Shown: positions 1 to 9,642, counted from the stretch's first letter. The stretch is 64,000 nucleotides of DNA from Myxococcota bacterium (GCA_039194325.1 JBCCWC010000002.1:128001-192000), one strand, 5' to 3'. The notes: generated by a model not told the origin, from the sequence alone. Translations and numbers: made by a program.

Positions 1-662
1 TCGAGGCCGTGCGAGGCGAGCATGCGGTCGACGGCCCCGGGTTCGTCGTTTCCGCTGACGAGGATATGGCCTAGCCCGAGGTACTGGTCCAGCGTGATCG
101 AGTCGTCGTGGTCAAGGAGCGGGTGCTCTTCGCGCAGCACGACCGCGTAGTTCTCGTCGATGACGGCGCGCTGCTTGAGTCCGGCGCCGTCGATGGCTAT
201 GCCCATGACCAGGTCGGCCGTGCCGTCCTCCAGCAGGGTCTGCATCGCGTTGGTGTAGGGCATCATGCGCAGCGAGACGCCGGGGGCGTGCTGCTCCAGG
301 TAGTGCAGCACGCGGGTCAGGATCACGAAATCGGCGTAGTCCGAGCTGATGATGGTGAAGCGGCGCTCGGCGGTGGAAGGATCGAAGGGCTCGGTGCTGC
401 GGATCGCCGCGTGCAGCTCGAGCAGACCCCGGCGGACCGGACCCGCCAGCGCCTCCGCCCGCTCGGTGGGCACCATGCCGCGACGGCCCCCGACCAGCAG
501 ATCATCGTCGAAGACCTCGCGGAGCCGGCGGAGCTTGTGGCTCATGGCCGACTGGGTCAGGCCCACGCGCGCGGCGGCCTTGGTGACGTTGCGCTCCATC
601 AGCAGCGCATCAAGCGCCAGTAGAAGGTTCAGGTCGACCGCTCCTGCATGTAGATTGTGCAT
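1..662 (-). CDS. LysR-family transcriptional regulator (3' end outside window)
   Basis: Manual minus-strand translation from ATG 662: MHNLHAGAVDLNLLLALDALLMERNVTKAAARVGLTQSAMSHKLRRLR, a LysR HTH; absent from ORF track because it runs off the edge. Confidence 0.93.
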   Translation of the reverse strand, partial: MHNLHAGAVDLNLLLALDALLMERNVTKAAARVGLTQSAMSHKLRRLREVFDDDLLVGGRRGMVPTERAEALAGPVRRGLLELHAAIRSTEPFDPSTAERRFTIISSDYADFVILTRVLHYLEQHAPGVSLRMMPYTNAMQTLLEDGTADLVMGIAIDGAGLKQRAVIDENYAVVLREEHPLLDHDDSITLDQYLGLGHILVSGNDEPGAVDRMLASHGL

Positions 663-678
663 GATTTGTATGAGCAGT

Positions 679-693
679 ATGCAGTGTCCGCAT
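679..693. promoter_or_regulatory. Putative LysR binding box (ATG-N9-CAT, T-N11-A)
   Basis: ATGCAGTGTCCGCAT just upstream of the LysR start, between divergent genes. Confidence 0.5.
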
Positions 694-740
694 GGTCATT
701 CCACTCGCATGCTGGTGTTTGCATGGAGCGAGGCGAAAAC

Positions 741-1292
741 ATGCAGCACACTCATCCAACGACCCCCGCCGCTCAACGAGTGCGTAAAATGCGCTGGTCT
801 TTCGTGGCCTGGGGGATGGTCCTGACCCTCAGCGGCGTGACTGCCGCTTGTCATGGTGCGCCCACGGGGGCGCCCAACGCGGAGGCGGTGCTCTCGACCC
901 CCGCGACGAACGAGCCGACGAACGAGCCGACGAACGAGCCGGTGGCCAATATGGATGAGCAGCCCGGGTCCGATGGGGTGGCACCGTCCAAGGTCGCGGC
1001 CGGCTCGCCGGCGACGATGTCGGGCCCGCCGACCGGACTGACCCCGCCCGTGCCCGGTGAGGAGCGCCTGTCGGGCACGGTCGTCGAGCTGTTGCCGGCG
1101 GGCGGCTACCACTACATGCGGGTCGCGCCCGAGCAGGGCGAGCCCCGCTGGGTGGTGACGATGGGCGGTGAGTATCGCGAAGGCGCGGTGGTCGAGGTGA
1201 GCAACTTTGGAGCTCGCCACGACTTCTACTCGCGCCGCCTCGACCGTCGCTTCGCCGAGCTGGTGTTCGGCATGGTCGACGTCGTCGGCTGA
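741..1292 (+). CDS. Lipoprotein with C-terminal OB-fold-like (NrfJ-like) domain
   Basis: Hydrophobic stretch and lipobox VTAAC; NEPT repeats; GTVVELLPAGGYHYMRV..RWV motif; start uncertain (741 or 789). Confidence 0.7.
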   Translation: MQHTHPTTPAAQRVRKMRWSFVAWGMVLTLSGVTAACHGAPTGAPNAEAVLSTPATNEPTNEPTNEPVANMDEQPGSDGVAPSKVAAGSPATMSGPPTGLTPPVPGEERLSGTVVELLPAGGYHYMRVAPEQGEPRWVVTMGGEYREGAVVEVSNFGARHDFYSRRLDRRFAELVFGMVDVVG

Positions 1293-1517
1293 AGTAGATT
1301 TCTAGACCTCGGGGTATTGATGCCGAGGCCGGCTCGGAATGCGCGACGGCTGTCGCGCCCGGTCTCGGTCTTGCCCAAGGGGCACCTCGCGGATCGATCT
1401 CATTTTTAGATGCGGTGCATGGGCGCCGTTTGATCGCTTTTGCTCTGGAGCGTGCTCGGGAACGACGCCTGATCACGCCCGGATACCAACCTCCCAACGT
1501 TGAAAAGAGACACTTCG

Positions 1518-2222
1518 ATGTACCGACGTCAACCCACGACCCTCACTTCTCTGATGCTCGGCGGACTTCTGTGCCTACCCGCCTGCGCCGATGATGAGCT
1601 CGGCGACGATCCGATGGCCGACGGAGGCACGACCACCAGCGACGATACGGCCAGTGATGACGATTCCCCGGCGTCGTCACCGACCGAAGGCGAGGATGAG
1701 GGGGAAGACACCACGGGGGAAGACCCGACCGGCGAAGATCCGACCACCGGGGGTGAGGACGAGGATGCGATCTTCGACTGCGAAGATCCCAACATCCTCA
1801 TCATTCCGATGACGGGTCCGGGATTCGATCCCGAGACGGGAGAGTTCGTGGGGGCGCCACAGGACACTTATATCGCGCACACCACCCTGGCGGTGGTGAC
1901 CCCGGAGCAAATGGAAGAGTTCCTGGAGGTCAATGAGCTGGCGGCGGCGCAGGCGATGCAGACTCCGGGGATGCTCGGGGTGGGCTTTGCGGTCGAGTCC
2001 GAGTGTGGCTTTTTGCGCACGATCGGCCTGTGGGAGGATGAAAAGAGCCTATATTCCTTCGTTGGCTCGGGGGCCCACCTCGAGGCGATGCAGCGGGCGC
2101 CCGAGCTGTCGGTCGCGGGCAAGACGACGCACTGGGAGATCGACTCAGGGGTCATGCCGCTGACGTGGGACATGGCCTTCGAACAGCTGGAGTCGGTGGA
2201 GCCCTCGCCGATCTACGACTGA
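1518..2222 (+). CDS. Lipoprotein with DUF3291/ABM-like monooxygenase-fold domain
   Basis: Lipobox LPAC, acidic linker, TIGLWEDEKSLYSFVGSGAHLEAM motif. Confidence 0.75.
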   Translation: MYRRQPTTLTSLMLGGLLCLPACADDELGDDPMADGGTTTSDDTASDDDSPASSPTEGEDEGEDTTGEDPTGEDPTTGGEDEDAIFDCEDPNILIIPMTGPGFDPETGEFVGAPQDTYIAHTTLAVVTPEQMEEFLEVNELAAAQAMQTPGMLGVGFAVESECGFLRTIGLWEDEKSLYSFVGSGAHLEAMQRAPELSVAGKTTHWEIDSGVMPLTWDMAFEQLESVEPSPIYD

Positions 2223-2298
2223 TTGTGCCCCCCGCCGCCGTTGGGGTGCTTGGAGGTTCAGCGTGCTTCCCCTCGCAAGCGGGGGGATCGGTTGGGGG

Positions 2299-3195
2299 CT
2301 AGCCGGGAGACTGATCGACGGCCGAGCGGTCCGGCTGGGGTTGCGATCGCAACCGCAACGGGGGCCGCAACCGCAACAGGGGCCGCCCGATCACCACGCC
2401 CAGGCAGGCGGCCCACGCCACGCCCCAGGTCAGCACCGCCGGATCACCGCCCGGCAGCGAGCCCATCGCGGCGACCAGCCCCACGAGCATGCCGCCCTGC
2501 ACCCGGTCGCGGCGCAGGCGGACCTCGGGATCCACGTCGCTCGCCGAGCCGGGCGGAGGCTGGGTGAGCATGACCAGCCCGAAGGCGACGGCGACCGCGA
2601 TCGCGCCCCAGGTCCACGGCCCGGGGGTGACCAGATGCAGCTCCACGTCGCCGATCAGCACGCCCATGACGGTGGCGGCGGCGGCCAGGCCCGCGAAGGG
2701 CCATCCTTCGCCCGAGCGCTCGGGGAGCAGGGCGTCGAGGGTAAAGGCCAACACCGCGGCCACGCCGACGCCGATCCCGTGGTCTTCGGGTGCGACCACG
2801 AACACCATGACGGTGAGCACCACCCGGTCGACGCGCTTGGCCGGCGGGCCCACGCTGCGGTTGACCACCCGCACCAGGCCCATCGCGACCAGGGGGCCGA
2901 GCACGGCCGGGGTGGCCCCGTAGAGCACGACCGCGGCGACGGGCACCAGGGCGATGAAGGCGGCCGGGTTGTCGTCGGGCGCCAGATCTCGGGCCAGGGC
3001 CCAGGTGACGAAGACCACCAGGGCGCCCATCATGCCGGCCAAGAGCGCGTCGGTCGGATCCGCGCCGCGGACGATCGCGGTGACCCCCAGGGCGACCAGC
3101 GTCAGGCCCATGACGATCAGGATGGCGAGGTTGGTGGGGTATTGGGGCTCGACGGGGCGCGCGATGGCGGAGAAGCGATGGATCGGGTGCGCCAC
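2299..3195 (-). CDS. Integral membrane hypothetical protein
   Basis: Multiple TM segments; GTG 3195 chosen because the upstream in-frame part crosses a tandem repeat. Confidence 0.7.
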   Translation of the reverse strand: MAHPIHRFSAIARPVEPQYPTNLAILIVMGLTLVALGVTAIVRGADPTDALLAGMMGALVVFVTWALARDLAPDDNPAAFIALVPVAAVVLYGATPAVLGPLVAMGLVRVVNRSVGPPAKRVDRVVLTVMVFVVAPEDHGIGVGVAAVLAFTLDALLPERSGEGWPFAGLAAAATVMGVLIGDVELHLVTPGPWTWGAIAVAVAFGLVMLTQPPPGSASDVDPEVRLRRDRVQGGMLVGLVAAMGSLPGGDPAVLTWGVAWAACLGVVIGRPLLRLRPPLRLRSQPQPDRSAVDQSPG

Positions 3196-3238
3196 GGGCT
3201 GGCGATCGTGACGCTCGGCTCGGGCGCGGTCAAGGCGG

Positions 3239-3299
3239 GGGGGCCAGCGCGAGGGGCCAGCGCGAGGGGCCAGCGCGAGGGGGCAGCGTGAAGGGGCCC
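3239..3299. repeat. 13-bp tandem repeat (GGGGCCAGCGCGA) x3 plus a degenerate copy
   Basis: Read directly in the intergenic sequence. Confidence 0.85.
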
Positions 3300-3374
3300 G
3301 TGTAGGGCGAAGGCGAGGACCGACGAGGTGCCTTGTTCGGATGCCGCGCCGATCGGACAATCCGAGCCGCCGAT

Positions 3375-4445
3375 ATGAGTGACGAGCCGTCATCCCGCGC
3401 GATCCTTACCGTTCCTGCCGAGCACGTGGGGCTGGTCGTCATCGGCCGCAACGAAGGCGAGCACCTGCTGCGAGCGTTCGGCTCGATGGGGGAGCAGGTG
3501 GGAGCGGCGGTCTATGCCGACAGCGATTCCACCGACGACAGCGTGGCCCTGGTGCAGGAGCACTTTGCTGCGGTGGAGGTGGTGAGGATGACGGCGGCCG
3601 AGCGGCCCTTGTCGCCGTCTCGCGGGCGCAACGAGGGGTACGCGGCGCTGCGGCGGCGCCTGCCGACGGTCCGCTATGTCCAGTTCCTCGACGGTGATTG
3701 CGAGCTCGATCCTCGGTGGCTGAGCGCGGCGGCCCAGTACCTCGAGGCGAACCCCAAGGTCGGGGTGGTGGCGGGCCGGCTGCGGGAGCGCGACCGCAAT
3801 CGCAACGCGTTCCACCGCCTCGCCGACATGGAGTGGGATCAGCCCCCGGGCGAGGTCAACGACATGGGCGGCATCATGATGGTGCGAGCCTCCGTCTGGG
3901 ACGAGGTGGGCGGACAGAACCCCGACATTCCGGCGGCCGAGGAGCGCGAGTTCTGCTGGCGGGTGATCGACGCGGGCTACACGATCATGCGCTTGGCCGA
4001 CGACATGGCGCTGCACGACATCGACATGGCCGACATGAGAGAGTGGTGGACCCGATCGGTTCGCACCGGGCACGCATACGCCCAGGGCTACTGGGTGCAT
4101 CGCGATCGTTGGCACCTGCGGCACGTGATGTCCTTGGTGGCCTACGGGGCGGCGCTGCCCGGGGCGGCACTGGGCGGGGCGCCGCTGACCCTGGGGCTGA
4201 GCCTGGGCCTTCTGGGCGCCTACCCGCGGCTTTGGCGGAAGATCGAGCAAGGTCGGCGACAGCGGGGGGATGCGCCGGAGGATGCACGGCTCTATGCAAC
4301 CGCCAACGTGGCGGGCAAGCTCGCGGGGGCGGTGGGGGTGGTCCAGTTCTTCACCCGCACGCTTCGGCAGGGCCGAGGAGGTCGTCGGGGAGGGGTCGGA
4401 GGACGTGAGCCCGGGACGCCGCCGCCGGGTCGTGGGATCATCTGA
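3375..4445 (+). CDS. Family 2 glycosyltransferase
   Basis: VVIGRNEG, YADSDSTD, FLDGD (DxD), EE motif, C-terminal hydrophobic segment. Confidence 0.92.
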   Translation: MSDEPSSRAILTVPAEHVGLVVIGRNEGEHLLRAFGSMGEQVGAAVYADSDSTDDSVALVQEHFAAVEVVRMTAAERPLSPSRGRNEGYAALRRRLPTVRYVQFLDGDCELDPRWLSAAAQYLEANPKVGVVAGRLRERDRNRNAFHRLADMEWDQPPGEVNDMGGIMMVRASVWDEVGGQNPDIPAAEEREFCWRVIDAGYTIMRLADDMALHDIDMADMREWWTRSVRTGHAYAQGYWVHRDRWHLRHVMSLVAYGAALPGAALGGAPLTLGLSLGLLGAYPRLWRKIEQGRRQRGDAPEDARLYATANVAGKLAGAVGVVQFFTRTLRQGRGGRRGGVGGREPGTPPPGRGII

Positions 4446-4449
4446 GCCG

Positions 4450-5853
4450 ATGGCCGATCCGGACAAGCCCAAGGCTGCACCGCAGACCCTGCGACCCGAG
4501 ATTCCCAGCACGATCCCCGTATCGACCCGGGTTGAGCAGACACGGCGGCTGTTGGTGATCGCGGCCGAGCGGGTCAGCTCGCACCCCGTGCCTTCGATGG
4601 GCAAGTTCAAGGTAGGGCGGGGTGACGAGGTGGATCTTCGTATCGACGATCCCTCAGTCTCGCGGGATCATGCGTGCCTTTGGTTCGGGCGCAACAACGA
4701 GATCCACGTCAGCGACTCGGGGAGCTCCAATGGAACCCGTGTGCGGGGAAGGCGCCTCAAGGACGGAGAGCGGGTCGCGGTGGTGGCCGCAGAGACCTTC
4801 GAGGTGGGATCGGTCCTGCTGATGGTGCAGGACCCGTTCGGTGCCGAGGCATCCGAGGCGCCGGCCTCGACGGGGGGAGGGTCTGTCGACGACAGCGGGA
4901 TCGTCATCTCCGACCGGGCGATGACCAGCCTGTACCAACTGGCCGAGCGCGTGGCCAAGAGCACGATCAACGTGCTGCTGCTGGGCGAGACGGGCGTGGG
5001 CAAGGACGTACTCGCGCGCAAGATCCACGCGATGTCTCCTCGGAGGGGCAAGCCCTTCTTGCCCCTCAACTGCGGGGCGCTCAGCGAGCAGCTGCTCGAG
5101 AGCGAGCTGTTCGGCCACGAGCGTGGAGCGTTCACGGGGGCGGTCGAGTCGAAGATGGGGCTGCTCGAGGCGGCGAACGAGGGCACGGTGTTTCTCGACG
5201 AGGTGGGCGAGCTGCCGATGTCGGTGCAGGTCAAGCTGCTCCGGGTGCTCGAGGAGCGCCAGGTTCGTCGCGTGGGCGGGCTGCGGAGCAAGAGCTTCGA
5301 CATCCGCTTCGTGGCCGCGACCAACCGCGACCTCAACCAGGCGATCGCCGACGGGGAGTTTCGCTCGGATCTGTTCTATCGGCTCAACGGGATCTCCCTG
5401 GTGATCCCGCCCTTGCGGCAGCGGGTGGGGGAGGTAGAGGGCCTGTCGCTCCGCTTCATCGAAGAGGCCAGCAAGCGCGCGGGGCATTCGCGGGCGCCCT
5501 CGCTGAGCCCCGAGGCCCTGGCGTGGCTGGAGAAGTACCACTGGCCCGGTAACATTCGCGAGCTGCACAACACGATCGAGCGGGCGGTGTTGCTGTGTAC
5601 CGACGATGTGATCACGGTCGAGCAGCTGCCCTCGGCGGTCGACACCCCGACTGGCGCGCCCTCGCCGACGCCTCGCGCAGCCTCGGGTTCGGCGGCGGCC
5701 GCCGAGCAAGACCCGGAGCGCAAGCGGATCCTCGACGCACTCGAGCAGTGTGCGGGCAATCAGACCCGAGCGGCGAAGCTCTTGGGGATCTCTCGCAATA
5801 CCCTGCTGGCGCGGCTGGATCAGTACAACATCCCGCGGCCGCGCAAGCGCTGA
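4450..5853 (+). CDS. FHA-domain sigma54-dependent enhancer-binding protein (Fis HTH)
   Basis: FHA (GR..SRDHA..SSNGT), GETGVGK, GAFTGA, FLDEVGE, WPGNIREL, GNQTRAAKLLGISR. Confidence 0.97.
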   Translation: MADPDKPKAAPQTLRPEIPSTIPVSTRVEQTRRLLVIAAERVSSHPVPSMGKFKVGRGDEVDLRIDDPSVSRDHACLWFGRNNEIHVSDSGSSNGTRVRGRRLKDGERVAVVAAETFEVGSVLLMVQDPFGAEASEAPASTGGGSVDDSGIVISDRAMTSLYQLAERVAKSTINVLLLGETGVGKDVLARKIHAMSPRRGKPFLPLNCGALSEQLLESELFGHERGAFTGAVESKMGLLEAANEGTVFLDEVGELPMSVQVKLLRVLEERQVRRVGGLRSKSFDIRFVAATNRDLNQAIADGEFRSDLFYRLNGISLVIPPLRQRVGEVEGLSLRFIEEASKRAGHSRAPSLSPEALAWLEKYHWPGNIRELHNTIERAVLLCTDDVITVEQLPSAVDTPTGAPSPTPRAASGSAAAAEQDPERKRILDALEQCAGNQTRAAKLLGISRNTLLARLDQYNIPRPRKR

Positions 5854-5993
5854 GCCGGGCCAGGTGAGGTCGTGCTCTCTCGGCGTCGTGCCTGAGGAGC
5901 ACGGGGACGTTCGTGATCGTTGGTCTTTGGCCCTGGCATCATTCGTGCCTTGGTCAGAAGGGTGGTCGGCGTGCGTGGTATCGTGCAGTCGAG

Positions 5994-6536
5994 ATGGGCA
6001 AGCTTCCGCCTGACGATGAGCGACCCGACGAGGCGGACGGGGCTCCGCACCACGATGATCCCGATCGCGCGGCGATCCTCGCTCGACGGCAGCGGTTCAT
6101 CGCGTTGGCGCTGTCGGGGCTGACGACGGCGGGCTGCGACAAGCCCAACGACGAGCCCAACGCCCCCAAGGGCAAGGGAGCCCAGGAGGGCAAGGCGACC
6201 GTCGAGGGCCAGGGGGACGCAGGGGCTCGGCCTCAGCCGTGCCTCGACGTCGCTCCGGAGCCACGCGACTCGGAGGGGGCGGGAAGCGGCGAGGGCAACG
6301 CCAAGCCGGTCCCGTGCCTCGAGGTGGCACCGCCGCAGACCGGCGACGAGGAAGATCCCTTGGGGTCGCCGCAGGCTTGCCTCAAGGTCGCGATGCCTGA
6401 CGCTACAGAGCCAGCCAAACCAGCCAAGCCGGCCAAGCCGCAGCCATGCTTGAAGGTGGCCAAGCCGGAGGAGCCGGCCAAGCCAGACGAGCCGGCCAAG
6501 CCGCGGCCGTGTCTTCGGGTGGCTAAGCCGCGCTGA
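5994..6536 (+). CDS. Putative lipoprotein with five P-x-[PA]-C-L-x-V-A repeats (candidate modified-peptide precursor)
   Basis: ILARRQRFIALALSGLTTAGC leader; repeats PQPCLDVA, PVPCLEVA, PQACLKVA, PQPCLKVA, PRPCLRVA. Confidence 0.8.
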   Translation: MGKLPPDDERPDEADGAPHHDDPDRAAILARRQRFIALALSGLTTAGCDKPNDEPNAPKGKGAQEGKATVEGQGDAGARPQPCLDVAPEPRDSEGAGSGEGNAKPVPCLEVAPPQTGDEEDPLGSPQACLKVAMPDATEPAKPAKPAKPQPCLKVAKPEEPAKPDEPAKPRPCLRVAKPR

Positions 6537-6546
6537 GCGATCAGCC

Positions 6547-7449
6547 GTGGCGAGCCGAGGTCGGGTCGAGCAGGGTCGGGTCGCGCTGGGTCCGACCGAC
6601 GACTTTTGTGATCTGGTGATCCACGTGCTGGCCCACGTGCCGCTGCCGGAGCCGGGGAACCTGCACGATCCACGCTATGTTGCCTGGGCACGGGCGCACA
6701 TGCCGGCGTCGGAGGTCCGGTGGCTGTACGAAGGTGCCGCGGTCTTCGAACGGGCCTGGGCCGCCGGGGTGCCGCCGGTGGTGCATGCTTGGCCGGAGCT
6801 GTTTGGGTCGATCGAGGCCTTCATGTCATCGGCCGTATCGGAGCTGGCGCAGCTGTGTGCCGACGACGTGCAGGCGCCCGAGATCTTGAGGCGGGCGCAG
6901 ACCATGGGAGGGCCCGACCTCGAGCTGCTCCATGCCACGCTGGGCGCGCTGGCCCCCTGGTACTCGCAGTGGCGAGCGCAGACGGTGGGGCCGTGGTTGC
7001 GCGAGTCGATCGCCGCCGTGCAACCATGGATCGACGAGGCCCAGCGGGTGCTGCCGAGCCTCGATCGGGTGGCGCTGGAGCTGGCCTGGCCTCTCGGTGC
7101 GCATGGTCGGGCGTTTGCCCGGCGGATCGTGGTCGGGGCTCCCGGTGGCTGGAACGGGCTGGATCCTTGCGTGGCCGCGGTACTGTTCATGCACGAGCGG
7201 CAGGTCCGTGATTGCGGTGCGGCGAACTACGTGGAGGCGGAGTGGTCGGCCCTGACGGGGTTGGCGGTCCAGATCCGTGGAGCCTCGGCTCGGCTGCGCG
7301 AGGCTCATCGGGCCTGGGTGGCCTCGCTGGAGCTGAGCTCGTTGCTCGAGGCGCTGGGTCGGTCCGGCCGGATTGCGGCCGAAGATCACGAGGCATTGCT
7401 CCACGACCCCGAAGGACGAGCCGAGCGGCTGGCCGTGGCTCGTTCGTGA
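6547..7449 (+). CDS. Hypothetical protein, likely co-transcribed with the PCL-repeat lipoprotein
   Basis: 300 aa ORF starting 10 bp after the previous stop; host-like codon usage; FMHERQV partial HExxH-like motif. Confidence 0.7.
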   Translation: MASRGRVEQGRVALGPTDDFCDLVIHVLAHVPLPEPGNLHDPRYVAWARAHMPASEVRWLYEGAAVFERAWAAGVPPVVHAWPELFGSIEAFMSSAVSELAQLCADDVQAPEILRRAQTMGGPDLELLHATLGALAPWYSQWRAQTVGPWLRESIAAVQPWIDEAQRVLPSLDRVALELAWPLGAHGRAFARRIVVGAPGGWNGLDPCVAAVLFMHERQVRDCGAANYVEAEWSALTGLAVQIRGASARLREAHRAWVASLELSSLLEALGRSGRIAAEDHEALLHDPEGRAERLAVARS

Positions 7450-7938
7450 CGAGAGCTCGCACTCGGGCGAGAATGCGCGCTTGAGCCGCATACGGTTCGA
7501 GCGCGCTACGTACGATCTATGGCTCAGTTGCCTAGAGTTACGAACGAAGAGGATTCGATCACTCGATTTTGGGATTGAGTTTGTATCCGAGCTCGCATCA
7601 TCGACGGCGGGCCGAAGTGAGCATCGCTTCGATCCTGATCCTACGCTGGGCCGGAGCTACTCTCGACGGCTGAGCAATGTCTGTGGGCCACTTCGGACTC
7701 GACCTGACGTCGAGCATGTGGATCTTAATACTATTTTTGCGCTCGAATGACGTGATCGAATTTGGCTGGTTCGTAACTCAATACGAACCGGTCTACTTCC
7801 CAGAGACACCGAGTACGGGTGTTGCCCGGCGGCAGTGAGCATCGCCGTCCTCCGCGTTATGCAAGGTCGAGCTGATCGCCTCGGTCAGTCCATGGTCTTC
7901 GAATTTTCATGATTCGATCCATTCGATAAGCCGAAGAA

Positions 7939-7960
7939 GATATTAATGAATTTTAATATC
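7939..7960. promoter_or_regulatory. AT-rich perfect inverted repeat GATATTAA-N6-TTAATATC (putative operator)
   Basis: 8-6-8 palindrome about 35 bp upstream of the DUF1592 ORF. Confidence 0.55.
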
Positions 7961-7995
7961 CAACCGCGAGACAAACCGCGAATGAACGCAACTAT

Positions 7996-9642
7996 GTGAT
8001 CGTGACGAAGCAAGTATGGAGAGAATGGCCCAGGCTCATGGTGCCTGCGCTCGGGTTGCTGTTGACCGGGTGTTACTCAGGACTCGACGCCTTCGATCCG
8101 ATCGGGTCGGGGGGCAACCCCGTGCCGGAGCCATCGGGCGCAGCGGACGACGATGGCGGCGGCGACGGTCCGGAGGCCAGCTGCCAAGCGCCCTCGGTGG
8201 GGGTCACGCCGCTGCGTCGATTGACCCGCTTCGAGTACGACAATACGGTGCGAGATCTCTTGGGTGACGACCGCCACCTGGCGGCTGCTCGCTTCTCGCC
8301 CGACGAGGCCAACGGGGGCTATTCGGCCAACGCGGTGGCGCCGATCTCCAAGACCCAGCTCGATGAGTACGCAACCGCGGCTGAGGATCTTGCGGTGTCG
8401 TTCCTCGACGCGGGGGTTGGCGACTACGTCGACTGCCCGCTGTCCGACAGCTCCTGCGCCACGCAGTTCGTGACCAAGTTTGGCCGCCGGGCGTTCCGCC
8501 GCCCGCTCGAGATGACCGAGGTGGACGAGTACGTGGCCCTTTACGAGGACGCACGCGATGCCTGGGACGGGGCCACCGGCTTTCGCATCGTGGTGGAGGC
8601 GATGCTGCTATCGCCGAACTTCCTGTACCACATGGAGGCCCGGCCCGTTGGCGCCGCCGAGACCGACGTGCTCCCGCTAGGCGGGTTCGAGATGGCCAGT
8701 CGCATGAGCTACTTCGTGTGGGCCTCGATGCCCGACGATGAGCTACTCGACGCGGCCGAGGCCGGCGCACTCGACACCACCGAGGGCCTCGAGGCGCAGG
8801 TACGGCGCATGCTCGAGGACGAGCGGGCGGGCGACACCATCGCCAGCTTTACTCGCCAGTGGGTACACCTCGAGGGGCTGGGCGACAAGGTCAAGGATGT
8901 CGAGATCTTCCCGGAGTGGAGCGCGGTGCTGGCCGCGTCGATGGAACACGAGGCCCTGGCCTTTGCCGATGAGGTCATCCGCAACGGCGATGGCCGGCTC
9001 GAGACCCTGCTGACCGCCCCGTGGACCATGGGTGATGCTTCGCTGGCCGAGCTCTACCAGGTCGATGCTCCCGAGGGCGAGTTCGGGCGCATCGACTTGC
9101 CGCCGGCCGAGCGTGCTGGCTTGCTGACCCAGCTGGGCTTCCTCACCGCCAACGCCCACGCGGCCGAGACCTCCTGGGTGCACCGCGGGCTGTTCGTGCG
9201 GCAGAACCTGCTATGCCAGGTCCTACCCGCCCCCCCTGCTGGGGTCGATGTCAACGATCCCAATGATGCCGGCCGCCTCGAGAATCCCGAGTGCACGGGC
9301 TGCCACCTGATGATCGACCCCATCGGCTGGGCCTTCGACGACTACGACGCGCTCGGGGTGTTCGTGGGCGAAGGCGAGCCCGGCGACGCCAGCGGCTCCT
9401 CGGTGGGCGAGTTCGACGACATCGTCGCCCTGGCGGGCGCGCTGGCTCAGGCCCCCGAGGTCCAAGATTGCGTGGCCTCCCAGTGGTTTCGCTACGCGAC
9501 CCGGCGGGCCGAGACCTCGGCCGACGACTGTGCGCTCGATGACATCAAGACCACCTTCGGAGCGTCGGGTCACGACATACGCGAGCTGATCGTCGCAGTG
9601 GCCACATCCGAGGCATTCCGCTACCACAAGGCGTCGGAGTAG
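7996..9642 (+). CDS. DUF1587/1595/1592/1588/1585 lipoprotein with a CxxCH motif
   Basis: Lipobox LTGC; LRRLTRFEYDNTVRDLLG, RRAFRRPL, MLLSPNFLY, ASRMSYFVWASMPDDELL, RAGLLT, CTGCH; start could be 8038. Confidence 0.93.
   Translation: MIVTKQVWREWPRLMVPALGLLLTGCYSGLDAFDPIGSGGNPVPEPSGAADDDGGGDGPEASCQAPSVGVTPLRRLTRFEYDNTVRDLLGDDRHLAAARFSPDEANGGYSANAVAPISKTQLDEYATAAEDLAVSFLDAGVGDYVDCPLSDSSCATQFVTKFGRRAFRRPLEMTEVDEYVALYEDARDAWDGATGFRIVVEAMLLSPNFLYHMEARPVGAAETDVLPLGGFEMASRMSYFVWASMPDDELLDAAEAGALDTTEGLEAQVRRMLEDERAGDTIASFTRQWVHLEGLGDKVKDVEIFPEWSAVLAASMEHEALAFADEVIRNGDGRLETLLTAPWTMGDASLAELYQVDAPEGEFGRIDLPPAERAGLLTQLGFLTANAHAAETSWVHRGLFVRQNLLCQVLPAPPAGVDVNDPNDAGRLENPECTGCHLMIDPIGWAFDDYDALGVFVGEGEPGDASGSSVGEFDDIVALAGALAQAPEVQDCVASQWFRYATRRAETSADDCALDDIKTTFGASGHDIRELIVAVATSEAFRYHKASE

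Noticed and set aside
108..623. 171-aa + strand ORF
   Set aside because: Antisense shadow of the LysR gene
7373..7750. 125-aa ORF in the low-GC spacer
   Set aside because: Overlaps the upstream gene, atypical codon usage, no motifs
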